Source: Deferribacterales bacterium
GTDB taxonomy: Bacteria > Chrysiogenota > Deferribacteres > Deferribacterales > Geovibrionaceae
Length of the DNA: 64,000 nt
Assembly: GCA_050251875.1 (NCBI GenBank)
Contig: JBFWMA010000003.1
Coordinates: 160,001-224,000 of the forward strand
Direction of reading: 5' to 3'
Positions 1 through 11,164 of the stretch are shown piece after piece; the first letter of the stretch is position 1; each line of letters opens with the position of its first letter. The notes below the pieces were generated by a model. The model searched no databases, was not told the origin of the DNA, and saw only the letters and a list, made by a program, of their open reading frames with translations. A program made the position numbers and the translations under genes.

Positions 1-1
1 G

Positions 2-790
2 CCTGACTATGCATATACATATCCCGTGCCCTATGAATGGTATGAGAAATACGGCGTCAGAAGATACGGTTTCCACGGAACCAGCCACCTGTACGTTTCC
101 AAGCGCGCGGCTGCGCTCCTGGGCAAACCCGCTTCAGAATGCAATATCATCACCATGCACATAGGCAACGGTGTTTCTCACACAGCTATCAAAAACGGCG
201 TGTCCGTGGATACGTCTATGGGTCTCACACCCCTTGAGGGAGCTGTGATGGGTACCAGATGCGGAGACGTTGACCCTGCCGTACCTCTTTTCATGATGCA
301 GCAGCTCAACATAGACGCGAAAACCATGGACAACCTGCTGAATAAAAAATCAGGCGTACTGGGTATCACAGGCAGATTCACCGACAGACGCGATGTTATC
401 ACCTGCGAAGATGACGACTACAAACACCGCTGTACACTCGCCCTCGAGGTGGAGGCATACAGACTGCGTAAATACATCGGCTCATACTATGCCGTTCTGG
501 GCAGAGTGGACGCCATCGTGTTTACCGCCGGCGTGGGCGAAAACGCAGGTCTCATCCGCCAGATGGCTATAGAGAATCTGGAAAATATGGGTATCAAGGT
601 GGACAGAGAGAAAAACCTCGGCACCTTCTCCAAACACGGCGAGACAGAGATATCCACCCCCGATTCGAAGGTTAAGGTATTTGTAATTCCCACAAACGAG
701 GAGCTCGTTTTCGTTGAAGACGTGGTCGCCATCCTGAATGGATCATACAAAGACCACACAGAGTATCCTTATACATTTCTTAAAAAGTAA
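2..790 (+). CDS. ackA: Acetate kinase, 5'-truncated by the window edge
   Basis: Open frame from base 2 (PDYAYTYPVPYEW...); motifs RRYGFHGTSH, HIGNG, DTSMGLTPLEG, FTAGVGEN, IPTNEE. Confidence 0.96.
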   Translation, partial: PDYAYTYPVPYEWYEKYGVRRYGFHGTSHLYVSKRAAALLGKPASECNIITMHIGNGVSHTAIKNGVSVDTSMGLTPLEGAVMGTRCGDVDPAVPLFMMQQLNIDAKTMDNLLNKKSGVLGITGRFTDRRDVITCEDDDYKHRCTLALEVEAYRLRKYIGSYYAVLGRVDAIVFTAGVGENAGLIRQMAIENLENMGIKVDREKNLGTFSKHGETEISTPDSKVKVFVIPTNEELVFVEDVVAILNGSYKDHTEYPYTFLKK

Positions 791-811
791 CAGCTATAAT
801 AGTTTATAAGA

Positions 812-840
812 GAGCCCGCAAATAATGCGGGCTTTTTTTT
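812..840 (+). terminator. Intrinsic terminator after ackA
   Basis: agcccgca-aataa-tgcgggct hairpin followed by a T-run. Confidence 0.9.
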
Positions 841-976
841 ATCTAATTATAATTTTCCCCTTTAAAAATACCAAAAGAGTCCTATAGTATGTTTTAGAGC
901 AACTAAAAAAAAGGAAACCCCCTTTTGATCCTCAACCACCCGTTAAGAAAGGCATTCAAAATGCCTCCTCTATTTT

Positions 977-1006
977 AAAAGGCACGGTCGCCCCCGTGCC
1001 TTTTTT
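977..1006. terminator. Bidirectional intrinsic terminator
   Basis: aaaa-ggcacgg-tcgccc-ccgtgcc-tttttt, abutting the stop of the TPR gene. Confidence 0.85.
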
Positions 1007-2249
1007 ATTTACAAAAACCTTTTTCTTTCAATTCATTCAGCCATTCACAGTTTTTAAGGCGGCAGGCAGCTTGCGCATCGGCACACATGAGTTGTGTATT
1101 CCCCATTGCCTCATAAGCCTGTGATCGTAACAATAAAGCCTGAATATTGTCAGGTTTTTGTTTTAACAGAGAAGTAAGTGTCGCCACAGCGCTTTCGTTA
1201 TTTCCTGAGTCCATATGATATACAGCCAGGGTAAGAAGAGTGTATGTGTCATTGGGGTAAAGTTTCGATATTGCGGTCAATTCTGTGACAGCGGCATTGT
1301 GGTTGCCGCTCATATACAGAGCCTGTGCTTTGTACTGATGGAGAATTTTTGAAACGGGTCGTTTGATAAGAAGCTGATCAATGAGGTCTAGAACGGTTTT
1401 GTAGTCATGCCTGTCAATACCGTAAATAAGCACAAGCTGTCTCAGAGCCATGTCGTGCTCAGGGTCATATTCAAGTGCGCTTTTATAATCTTCAATAGCT
1501 TTATCAGTTAATAGAGAGGATTCATAGATAACAGCTCTCAAAAAGTATGCGTCACTAAGCTCAGGATCAAGGTTCAGCGCTTTATTGGAATAATCGAGCG
1601 CAGTCTGAAAGTCATCAGGACCTGCTCCTTCGCCGGTAATAAGTTTCGCCGCTTCGTACGCATATTCGGTGGCTTTAATGATATTGGCTGACTTGTTGTT
1701 ATTTCTGCTGAGAGCCTTCTGCTCCTGGGTCAGATTCTGCTTTTTTGCATCATCTGTTGTCCGCATCAGCTCCTGTTCCAGTTTGATCGCTTTTTGCTCC
1801 AGAATTCTGTTGTTTTCAAGCTGCTCATCGAGTTTTTTCTGGAGGGCATCGTACTGTGAAATGAGAATAGAGTTATTTATTATTTTTTCCGCATTCTCTT
1901 TTAGATTATCAGTCTCCACGCTTGCTTCCACAGTAACTTCAATAATGAATACCCCGTTTTCAACCAGATTACTGACCTTTGTGATTCTGGTGCTTAAAAG
2001 CCCTGCGGCGGCGGCTTCCAGTTCATCCTGTTTAATCACGCCATTCTCCACAGATGTGTATGATTTGATGAAAGTTCCGGCTTCTTCGATAATGCTCCGC
2101 TTGGCATCGGCAATGGCGAATATTTTTGCATCATCGGCAGATTGAGAGGTGCCTATTATCTTTCTGACTGTTTTTGTGTATGTTTTTGTTTCCGCAAAGG
2201 CGTATTGAAGTGTGAATATTAGAAAGACAGATATGAGAAGTCTTAACAT
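1005..2249 (-). CDS. Exported TPR-repeat protein with N-terminal FlgT_N/LPP20-like domain and coiled coil
   Basis: Signal peptide (AFA|E); AIADAKRSIIEEAG..S.TSVENG segment; TPRs such as ALNLDPELSDAYFLRA; SD gaggtg. Confidence 0.75.
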   Translation of the reverse strand: MLRLLISVFLIFTLQYAFAETKTYTKTVRKIIGTSQSADDAKIFAIADAKRSIIEEAGTFIKSYTSVENGVIKQDELEAAAAGLLSTRITKVSNLVENGVFIIEVTVEASVETDNLKENAEKIINNSILISQYDALQKKLDEQLENNRILEQKAIKLEQELMRTTDDAKKQNLTQEQKALSRNNNKSANIIKATEYAYEAAKLITGEGAGPDDFQTALDYSNKALNLDPELSDAYFLRAVIYESSLLTDKAIEDYKSALEYDPEHDMALRQLVLIYGIDRHDYKTVLDLIDQLLIKRPVSKILHQYKAQALYMSGNHNAAVTELTAISKLYPNDTYTLLTLAVYHMDSGNNESAVATLTSLLKQKPDNIQALLLRSQAYEAMGNTQLMCADAQAACRLKNCEWLNELKEKGFCK

Positions 2250-2373
2250 ACATCACCTCATAAAAAGATAGGAATATATTGTAAGTATGCCACAAATGTT
2301 GAAAATACACTATGTTGCTTTTAATCGTAACCCCTGCTATTGTAGTATACTTATTAAAGTATATGGGAAATGA

Positions 2374-3402
<1,029 letters not shown>

Positions 3403-4746
3403 ATGGCGAAGAAAAAAAGCCGTTATGTCTGTCAGTCCTGCGGATATGTTTCGCCGGGCTGGATAGGAAAATGCCCCGAATGCGGAAGCTGGAGCAGTTT
3501 TGCCGAAGAGATCGAAGAACCGGAAGTTTCGTCATCATCTAAAGGCGCCAGACACGAGCCGAGAGTAAAACCCGCTAACCTTAGAGACGTTAAAGGTCTG
3601 GAAACCGAGCGCACAGGCACGGGTATTTCCGAGCTGGATCAGGTTCTGGGCGGCGGACTGGTAAAGGGCTCTGTGATTCTGGTGGGCGGCGAGCCGGGCA
3701 TAGGCAAATCCACAATCATGTTACAGACAGCGGGCATACTGACCCGTGGTAATAAAAAAGTGCTGTATGTTTCCGGCGAGGAATCATCATCACAGATAAA
3801 GCTGAGAGCGGACAGGCTGGGCACAGGCACGGCGGACATACAGATTCTGCCTACCAACAGTCTGGAAGATGTTCTGAGCGCTCTGGATGAGCAGAGATAT
3901 GATTATGTCGTTATGGATTCCATACAGACCATAGCCTCAGCGGATCTGAACTCCGCGGCGGGTACGGTGGGGCAGGTGCGCCACGTTACATACCGCATGG
4001 TGGAGACCGCCAAGAGCAGAGGCATCACCGTTATGATAGTCGGTCAGGTGACGAAAGACGGGTATATCGCCGGTCCCAAGCTCCTGGAACATCTGGTGGA
4101 CACTGTGCTCTATTTCGAGGGCGACTACAGCAGAGGTCTGAGGATTCTCAGATCGGTCAAGAACAGATTCGGTCCCACTAACGAAGTGGGCATTTTTGAG
4201 ATGAGCGATAAAGGGCTGATAGAGCTGAAAGATTATTGCTTTGCCGATGATACTGCCGACAAAACGGCGGGAAAGATAAACGTTCCCGTGATAGAGGGCA
4301 CCAGAGCTTTTCTGGTGGAGGTACAGGCGCTTGTCGCTCCCACCTTTTATCAGTTTCCCAAAAGAAACGCCATGGGCATAGATGTCAACCGGATGAATAT
4401 GCTCCTTGCCGTTCTGGACAAGAAGGGTGGACTCAATCTGGCGGGAAGCGATGTTTATGTGAACGTGGCGGGCGGAATGAAGATAACGGAGACCAGCGCC
4501 GATCTGGCTCTCTGCGCCGCTATCACCTCATCATACAGAGAGAGGGCGATATCGCCTAAAACCACCTTCATTGGCGAGGTAGGGCTGACAGGTAGCATAC
4601 GAACCGTCTCGAACATTAAGAGCCGGGTCGCTGAATGTTATAAAATGGGGATAAGAAAATTTTATCTCCCTGAGAAAGTCGAGTTTGACAAAGAGATAGA
4701 AATCGTTTTAACTAGGGATATATCATCTTTTCTTGATATGCTTTAA
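3403..4746 (+). CDS. radA: DNA repair protein RadA/Sms
   Basis: C4 zinc finger, GGEPGIGKST, KNRFG motif, Lon-like C-terminus. Confidence 0.98.
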   Translation: MAKKKSRYVCQSCGYVSPGWIGKCPECGSWSSFAEEIEEPEVSSSSKGARHEPRVKPANLRDVKGLETERTGTGISELDQVLGGGLVKGSVILVGGEPGIGKSTIMLQTAGILTRGNKKVLYVSGEESSSQIKLRADRLGTGTADIQILPTNSLEDVLSALDEQRYDYVVMDSIQTIASADLNSAAGTVGQVRHVTYRMVETAKSRGITVMIVGQVTKDGYIAGPKLLEHLVDTVLYFEGDYSRGLRILRSVKNRFGPTNEVGIFEMSDKGLIELKDYCFADDTADKTAGKINVPVIEGTRAFLVEVQALVAPTFYQFPKRNAMGIDVNRMNMLLAVLDKKGGLNLAGSDVYVNVAGGMKITETSADLALCAAITSSYRERAISPKTTFIGEVGLTGSIRTVSNIKSRVAECYKMGIRKFYLPEKVEFDKEIEIVLTRDISSFLDML

Positions 4747-4758
4747 TAGGAGTAAAGA

Positions 4759-5526
4759 ATGGGACTTCTTAAAGGAAAAAAGGCTCTGGTGTTCGGTGTT
4801 GCCAACAACAAAAGCATCGCTTACGCCATCGCCCGCAATTTTATTGAGCAGGGAGCTGAGGTTGCCTTCAGCTATGCCGGCGAAAAACTCTTAAGCAGAG
4901 TGGAAAAAGTGTCCGAGGAACTGGGGGGCAAGTTTATCGTGCCCTGCGATGTTACCAAGGATGAAGAGATAGAAGCGTGCATGAACACAGTGAAGGAGAA
5001 ATGGGGTAAATTCGATATCCTCATCCACTCTGTGGCATATGCTCCCGGAGACGCTCTGAAAGACAGATATGTGGATACCAAGCGTGAGGATTTCAAAATG
5101 GCTCTGGATATCAGCGCCTATTCTCTGGTGGCTATCACAAAATATGCCGAGCCCCTCATGAACGAAGGCGGAAGCATCATCTGCATGTCATATCTGGGCG
5201 CTGAGAGAGTTATAAAAAATTATAACGTAATGGGCGTGGCTAAGGCGGCTCTGGAAGCCTCCACAAGATATCTCGCCGCTGATCTGGGCGTGAGCAAGAT
5301 CAGGGTGAACGCTATCTCCGCCGGTCCTATCAAGACTCTGGCGGCAGCGGGAATATCCGATTTTAAAAAGATTTTCAACCATATAGCGGAGAACGCTCCC
5401 CTGCGTGACAACTGCACACAGGAAGACGTGGGCAAAACAGCCGTTTATCTCGCCAGCGATCTGTCATCCGCCGTCACAGGCGAGGTGATATATGTGGACA
5501 ACGGATATAACATCATCGGTCTTTAA
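4759..5526 (+). CDS. fabI: Enoyl-ACP reductase
   Basis: GVANNKSIA, YNVMGVAKAALE, ISAGPIKTLAA. Confidence 0.96.
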   Translation: MGLLKGKKALVFGVANNKSIAYAIARNFIEQGAEVAFSYAGEKLLSRVEKVSEELGGKFIVPCDVTKDEEIEACMNTVKEKWGKFDILIHSVAYAPGDALKDRYVDTKREDFKMALDISAYSLVAITKYAEPLMNEGGSIICMSYLGAERVIKNYNVMGVAKAALEASTRYLAADLGVSKIRVNAISAGPIKTLAAAGISDFKKIFNHIAENAPLRDNCTQEDVGKTAVYLASDLSSAVTGEVIYVDNGYNIIGL

Positions 5527-5610
5527 TGATACGGTAAATTACTGCTTTTTTTGATATATTACATCTGTCCCCTGCCATCCGGCGGGGGATAGTGCTTTCA
5601 GGGCGGATTA

Positions 5611-6387
5611 ATGTCTGAAAAAAACATTGTGGTCAGCGTCAAAAATCTGAATTTTTCATACGGCACTCAGGAAGTTCTGAGCGGAATCAATTTCGATATC
5701 CGTGAGGGTGAGTTTCTCACCGTAATAGGACCCAACGGCGGCGGCAAGAGCACGCTCCTTAAGATACTGCTGGGTATACTGAAACCCGGATCAGGCGATA
5801 TAAAAATCTTCGGGCAGAGACCGGGCATGTCGAAAAAAGTCGGCTATGTGCCTCAGAATGTCACAGCGGGCAGAGGCTTTCCCATCACTGTGGAGGAAGC
5901 GGCGCTGATGGGCAGGATGCTGGTGAAAGGCGGACGGACACAGCCTCAGGACAGAGAGTTTATCAGAGGAGTTCTGGACGAGCTACAGATTCTGAACGTG
6001 GCTAAGAACCGCATGGACGATCTGTCCGGCGGACAGCGCCAGAGGGTGCTGATGGCTAGGGCGCTGGCATCCGAGCCGGAGCTTCTGTTTCTGGACGAGC
6101 CCGCCTCCAGCGTGGATATGGAAGGACAGGTCAGGATATATGATCTGCTGGCAAAGCTGAACGAAAAGATGACGGTGGTGGTTGTCAGCCACGACCTTAC
6201 CATAATACCGAAATACGCCACCTCAGTGGCTTGTGTGTCTAAAACTCTGCACAAGCATGATGAGGCGGAGGTCACCCACGACATGCTTCACGAGGCATAC
6301 GGAGTGACTCCGGAGATGCAGGAGAACTGCCCTCTGGAGCTGATAGCCCACGGACACCCCCACAGGGTTCTGAAGGAGCACGAGTGA
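5611..6387 (+). CDS. znuC: Zn/Mn ABC transporter ATP-binding protein
   Basis: GPNGGGKST, GYVPQ, LSGGQRQR, His-rich C-terminus. Confidence 0.85.
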   Translation: MSEKNIVVSVKNLNFSYGTQEVLSGINFDIREGEFLTVIGPNGGGKSTLLKILLGILKPGSGDIKIFGQRPGMSKKVGYVPQNVTAGRGFPITVEEAALMGRMLVKGGRTQPQDREFIRGVLDELQILNVAKNRMDDLSGGQRQRVLMARALASEPELLFLDEPASSVDMEGQVRIYDLLAKLNEKMTVVVVSHDLTIIPKYATSVACVSKTLHKHDEAEVTHDMLHEAYGVTPEMQENCPLELIAHGHPHRVLKEHE

Positions 6388-7199
6388 TGGATATTTTACA
6401 ATACGGATTCATACAGAACGCTATCATGGCGGGGATTCTGGCATCGATAGCCTGCGGGATAATAGGCTCGCTGGTGGTGGTGAACCGCATAGTTTTCATA
6501 TCGGGCGGAATTGCCCACACTGCTTACGGCGGGGTGGGGCTTGCTTTTTTTATGGGGATATCCCCTCTTCTGGGCGCAGGATTTTTCGCCGTTGCCGCCG
6601 CTGTGGTTATGGCTCTGATAACGCTGAACAACAAGCAGAGAGCGGATACCGTGATAGGCGCTATGTGGGCGTTCGGAATGGCGTTTGGTATAATACTGGT
6701 CGATCTGACGCCGGGATACGGCGTTGACCTGATGAGCTATCTTTTCGGAAGCATTCTGGCTGTGCCGGACACCGACCTTGTTTTCATGGCGGTTCTGGAC
6801 GTTGTTATCATAATATACATACTGGCTTACTACAGACAGATCCACGCTGTCAGCTTCGACACGGAATACGCCGCCAGCATGGGCGTGCGCACCGGATTCG
6901 TCTATACTTTCATGCTGGTTATGTGCGCTCTGGCTGTGGTGCTTCTCATCCGTGTGGTGGGGCTCATACTTATCATCGCCATGCTCACCATTCCGCCTTT
7001 CATAGCGGAGAGGTGGTCGGCGTCTCTGAAAAAAATGATGGTGATATCCAGCCTTTTGTCTCTGGTTTTCACCCTCGCTGGGCTTTATCTTTCATACATA
7101 TTCAACATAACGTCAGGCGCCAGCATCATCGCAGTGTCTTCGTTAGGTTTCTTCTTTCTTGTCGGATACGATAAATTGAAGAGTATGTTCAGAAGTTAG
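6384..7199 (+). CDS. znuB: Zn/Mn ABC transporter permease
   Basis: ABC-3 family motifs GGIAH and SYLFGSIL; overlaps znuC. Confidence 0.85.
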   Translation: MMDILQYGFIQNAIMAGILASIACGIIGSLVVVNRIVFISGGIAHTAYGGVGLAFFMGISPLLGAGFFAVAAAVVMALITLNNKQRADTVIGAMWAFGMAFGIILVDLTPGYGVDLMSYLFGSILAVPDTDLVFMAVLDVVIIIYILAYYRQIHAVSFDTEYAASMGVRTGFVYTFMLVMCALAVVLLIRVVGLILIIAMLTIPPFIAERWSASLKKMMVISSLLSLVFTLAGLYLSYIFNITSGASIIAVSSLGFFFLVGYDKLKSMFRS

Positions 7200-8214
7200 T
7201 CTGTCTCAGCTTGTTCTGTCTTTTCACTTCATACATGGCTCTGTCGGCGAGCTCTATCAGTTCCTGAATGTGTGTCGCGTCATCCGGAAAGATAGCCAGA
7301 CCCATACTGGCGTTCAGGCGGAGCACTTTGTCCTCGAACTCCAGAGGAGTTTTCATAGCGTCATAGAGTCTGTTTATCAGGCTTTCGCCTTCGTCACGCT
7401 CGCTTATGCTCTCTATTATTATGCCGAACTCATCGCCGCCCAGCCGGGCAACTCTGTCGTTCAGACCGGATGTGTCTTTCAGTCTGCCTGCGAACTCTGT
7501 GATGGCGGCATCGCCGGCTCTGTGTCCGTATGTGTCGTTTATGGTTTTCAGACCGTCCATATCGATTATCACTATGCCTATCTTGTGGGATCTTTCCACC
7601 GCTTTGTCGAAGATTTTTCTGAGATTGTCGAAGAAGGCTGATCTGTTGCTGAGCTGCGTCATGGAATCTTTGGTGGCACGGATAAAAAGCTCATCCACGG
7701 CGTAGTTGGCGGCATGGAACATAGAGGCTGCCAGCATGTCGGTTATCAGAGACAGACAGCAGATATCAGCATCGCCGAAGGATGCCTGTTTGGAAGATAT
7801 GACTTTAAGCACGCCAACGCATGTGTTGCTGTGGATCAGAGGCACGACAGCCATAGATCTGGCGTTTACCTTAACGCAGGCGGCTTTATCCACCCTTTCG
7901 TCATTATATGTGTCTTCGCTGTATAGGATTTCCTGTTTGCTGACGCACATGCCGGAAAGGCTGGTTTCCTTTTTCAGTCTGAGCCCCAGAAAAGACGCCA
8001 GACTGCCTGAAACGGCTCTGTAGACCATCTCGTCCTGTTCCGCCAGCTCGACAGTGGCGCCATCGGCGTTCAGAAGAGACTGCGCCTTTGTCGTTACCAG
8101 AGACATGACGGTACCCAGATCGGGTCCAGCTTTGGTGATCTCTGACTGTGCCTCGATAATTTCGAGAAGTTTATCTTTGTCCGGAAATACAACACATTGT
8201 TTATAATTCAGCAT
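7189..8214 (-). CDS. GAF-domain diguanylate cyclase
   Basis: N-terminal GAF-like region; D(S)MTQLSNR, DMDGLKTINDTYGH, RLGGDEF. Confidence 0.92.
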   Translation of the reverse strand: MLNYKQCVVFPDKDKLLEIIEAQSEITKAGPDLGTVMSLVTTKAQSLLNADGATVELAEQDEMVYRAVSGSLASFLGLRLKKETSLSGMCVSKQEILYSEDTYNDERVDKAACVKVNARSMAVVPLIHSNTCVGVLKVISSKQASFGDADICCLSLITDMLAASMFHAANYAVDELFIRATKDSMTQLSNRSAFFDNLRKIFDKAVERSHKIGIVIIDMDGLKTINDTYGHRAGDAAITEFAGRLKDTSGLNDRVARLGGDEFGIIIESISERDEGESLINRLYDAMKTPLEFEDKVLRLNASMGLAIFPDDATHIQELIELADRAMYEVKRQNKLRQTNF

Positions 8215-8410
8215 TGGCAGGGCTCTGTATATAATTAAATTACATCAAATATATCAATGTCGAATAATCCGGTCAAGTAATAAAAATTATTCACTTGAGC
8301 CTTTCTTATAAAAATATAATGGCGCATGGCATATGTTGCTGTATACTAAACTGAGTCGTTAAATAAACTCGCTTGATTTTTACTCTGTTATTTATTAGGC
8401 TGTAAGACTA

Positions 8411-9172
8411 ATGGGAAAAATTATAGCAATAGCAAACCAAAAAGGCGGGGTCGGAAAGACCACAACCGCCATCAATCTGGGCTCCGCGCTGGCTTTTGCC
8501 GAGGCGAAGGTACTTGTAGTGGATATGGATCCTCAGGGAAACGCCACCAGCGGTCTCGGTGTGTCTCTGGATGAAGGAGACTCATCTATCTATGACGTGC
8601 TGATAGGCAGAGCGGAGGCTGAAAATGCCATACGCCCCACGAATGTGGAGAATCTGTATATTCTGCCAGGAGATATAAACCTGTCCGCCGCCGAGGTGGA
8701 GCTGGTTACCGAGATATCCAGAGAGACCAAACTGAAAAAAGCGCTGAGCAAAGTGAAGGATGACTATAAGGTGGTGATAATAGACTGCCCTCCCTCGCTG
8801 GGTCTGCTCACCGTCAATTCGCTGACGGCAGCCGATTCGGTTCTGATACCCATGCAGTGCGAATATTACGCTATGGAGGGTCTGGGTCAGCTGCTCAATA
8901 CCGTGCGTCTGATCCGTGAGAGTCTGAACGAAGACCTCAGCCTGGAGGGAATCCTCCTCACCATGCACGACCCCAGAAACAATCTTTCCAAAGAGGTGCA
9001 GAGACAGGTCGAAGAATATTTCAGCGAAAGCCTGTTCAACACCATAATCCCCAGAAACGTCCGTCTGAGCGAGGCGCCCAGCTTCGGTCAGTCAATTATA
9101 GAATATGATGTAAAATCAAAAGGCGCAGTCAGCTACATAGACCTTGCCAAAGAAATGCTGGAGAGGATCTGA
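8411..9172 (+). CDS. parA: Chromosome partitioning ATPase ParA/Soj
   Basis: NQKGGVGKTT, DPQGN, DCPPSLG, IPRNVRLSEAPS. Confidence 0.97.
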   Translation: MGKIIAIANQKGGVGKTTTAINLGSALAFAEAKVLVVDMDPQGNATSGLGVSLDEGDSSIYDVLIGRAEAENAIRPTNVENLYILPGDINLSAAEVELVTEISRETKLKKALSKVKDDYKVVIIDCPPSLGLLTVNSLTAADSVLIPMQCEYYAMEGLGQLLNTVRLIRESLNEDLSLEGILLTMHDPRNNLSKEVQRQVEEYFSESLFNTIIPRNVRLSEAPSFGQSIIEYDVKSKGAVSYIDLAKEMLERI

Positions 9173-10011
9173 TGAAGAAAAACTCACTGGGAAAAGGGCT
9201 CGAGTCCCTGATTCCGCCCAGAGCGGACAGATCGGGAAAGATGGTGAGCGAGATCGATATCGCCGAGATAATGCCAAACCCCGATCAGCCCAGAAAGGTT
9301 TTTGACGAAGAGGCTCTGGCGGAGCTGACCGAATCCGTCAGAAGAAACGGCATCATCCAGCCCATCGTTCTGGCGAAGGGTGAGGACGCCTATATCATCA
9401 TAGCCGGTGAAAGACGCTGGAGAGCCGCAGGGCTTGCCGGGCTGAAAAAAGTTCCGGCTGTTGTTAGAGAGATAACCCGTGATTCCGAACAGATGGAGCT
9501 GGCGCTCATAGAAAATATCCAGAGAGAAGATCTGGGCGCGCTGGAGCTGGCGAGAGCATATAAAAACCTGATGGACACACACGGATACCGTCAGGAGGAT
9601 GTGGCGGACGTGGTGGGCAAAAGCAGATCCGCCGTGGCTAACACAATCCGTCTTCTGGGGCTGCCCCAGAGGGTTCTGGAGGCTCTGGAGCAGAAGCTCA
9701 TCTCCGAGGGACACGCCAGATGTCTGGTGGGGCTTCCGGATCACAAGATAATAGAGATACTCGCTAAAATCATAGAAAACGGTCTTTCCGTGCGTGAGAC
9801 TGAAAAACTGGCGTCTAAAAAAGAAAAGCCGGAAAAAGAGAAGAAAAAAGAGGATGAAAACATCTTTCTGATGAGCCTGAAAGGCGAGATGGAAGAGTTC
9901 TTCAAAACAAAGATAGAAATCAAACGCCGCAAAGACGGCGGCACGATAGAAATAAAATACAGCAGTGACGATGAACTCGACAGGATCATCAGAACTATCA
10001 GAGGAGAGTGA
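9172..10011 (+). CDS. parB: Chromosome partitioning protein ParB/Spo0J
   Basis: LGKGLESLI, NPDQPRK, GERRWRA, ENIQREDL, HTH. Confidence 0.97.
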   Translation: MKKNSLGKGLESLIPPRADRSGKMVSEIDIAEIMPNPDQPRKVFDEEALAELTESVRRNGIIQPIVLAKGEDAYIIIAGERRWRAAGLAGLKKVPAVVREITRDSEQMELALIENIQREDLGALELARAYKNLMDTHGYRQEDVADVVGKSRSAVANTIRLLGLPQRVLEALEQKLISEGHARCLVGLPDHKIIEILAKIIENGLSVRETEKLASKKEKPEKEKKKEDENIFLMSLKGEMEEFFKTKIEIKRRKDGGTIEIKYSSDDELDRIIRTIRGE

Positions 10012-10382
10012 CAGTGATAAAAGGTAAAGACACCGGCGGAATAGATGCTTTTCTCGGAAAAAATACCACTTTTCAGGGGACTCTGATCTTTGACGGTCTG
10101 GTCAGGATCGACGGCAATTTTGAAGGAAATATCAAAACTGAAGATACACTGGTCATAGCCGGCTCCGGCAATGTGAAAGCTGAGATTGACGCAGGCGATG
10201 TAAAAATCTCCGGCAGGTTTGACGGAACCATCGTGGCAAAATCTAAAGTTGAACTCTATAAGCCCGCGTTTGTCACTGGTACAGTAATAACTCCCGTGCT
10301 GAAGATAGAGGAGGGAGTTGTCTTCAATGGCAACTGCCGCATGGCAGAGGATACCGCCAGCTATAAGCCCGAAGAGGAGTAA
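10008..10382 (+). CDS. Bactofilin (polymer-forming cytoskeletal protein)
   Basis: Beta-helix repeats (RIDGNFEGNI, IEEGVVFNGNCRM); GTGA overlap with the parB stop. Confidence 0.9.
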   Translation: MTVIKGKDTGGIDAFLGKNTTFQGTLIFDGLVRIDGNFEGNIKTEDTLVIAGSGNVKAEIDAGDVKISGRFDGTIVAKSKVELYKPAFVTGTVITPVLKIEEGVVFNGNCRMAEDTASYKPEEE

Positions 10383-10388
10383 CAGATA

Positions 10389-11150
10389 ATGAGAAAACCC
10401 CTGATTTTCGGAAACTGGAAAATGAATCTCGATATGAAGCACTCAGACGACCTCGTCCGTTCGCTTCTCTCTGTTAAGATAGACTACAGGTCTGTGGATG
10501 TGGGAGTCGCTCCCGATTTCTGCAGTCTGGCTATGGTGAGAAAAACAATAAAAGATATGAATATTCCTATCTCCGTGGCGGCGCAGAATATGTCCGACCA
10601 GGAGAAAGGAGCGTTTACAGGCGAAGTAAGCGCTGATATGATCCTCTCCACCGGAGCGGATACCGTTATCATCGGACATTCCGAAAGACGAGCCATTTAC
10701 GGCGAGTCTGACGTGCTTATCAACAGCAAGGTAAGACTGGCTCTCAGATTAGGTCTCAGCGTGATACTCTGTGTCGGCGAGGTTCTGGAAGAGAGAGAGG
10801 CGGGAACCGCTGTTGAAAAAGTGCTGTATCAGATCGGCATGGGACTCAGAAACGTGGACATGGACAGGATACAGGATGTGGTAATCGCCTATGAGCCCGT
10901 GTGGGCAATAGGTACAGGCAAAACAGCCACTCCAGTGGACGCTGAAGAGATGCACGCCGCAATCAGAAAACAGCTTTCCAAACTTTATGGTCCTGTGGTA
11001 GCCAACAAAACAAGAATTCTGTACGGCGGAAGCGTGAAACCCGACAACATCGGCGCGCTGATGCTGAGAGAGAATATAGACGGAGCGCTGGTGGGCGGAG
11101 CAAGCCTTAACATCGGCGACTTCATAAAGATAATTAACTTTAACAACTAA
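10389..11150 (+). CDS. tpiA: Triosephosphate isomerase
   Basis: GNWKMN, GHSERR, AYEPVWAIGTG, YGGSV, LVGGASL. Confidence 0.98.
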   Translation: MRKPLIFGNWKMNLDMKHSDDLVRSLLSVKIDYRSVDVGVAPDFCSLAMVRKTIKDMNIPISVAAQNMSDQEKGAFTGEVSADMILSTGADTVIIGHSERRAIYGESDVLINSKVRLALRLGLSVILCVGEVLEEREAGTAVEKVLYQIGMGLRNVDMDRIQDVVIAYEPVWAIGTGKTATPVDAEEMHAAIRKQLSKLYGPVVANKTRILYGGSVKPDNIGALMLRENIDGALVGGASLNIGDFIKIINFNN

Positions 11151-11164
11151 CCTCGGAGAAATTA

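Noticed and set aside
891..900. GTTTTAGAGC, identical to the start of type II-A CRISPR repeats
   Set aside because: Single 10-mer; no repeat array and no cas genes in the window.
5527..5610. Possible Zur box and GC-rich hairpin upstream of znuC; znuA absent
   Set aside because: The palindrome is too weak to call and the hairpin lacks a U-tract; znuA may simply be elsewhere.
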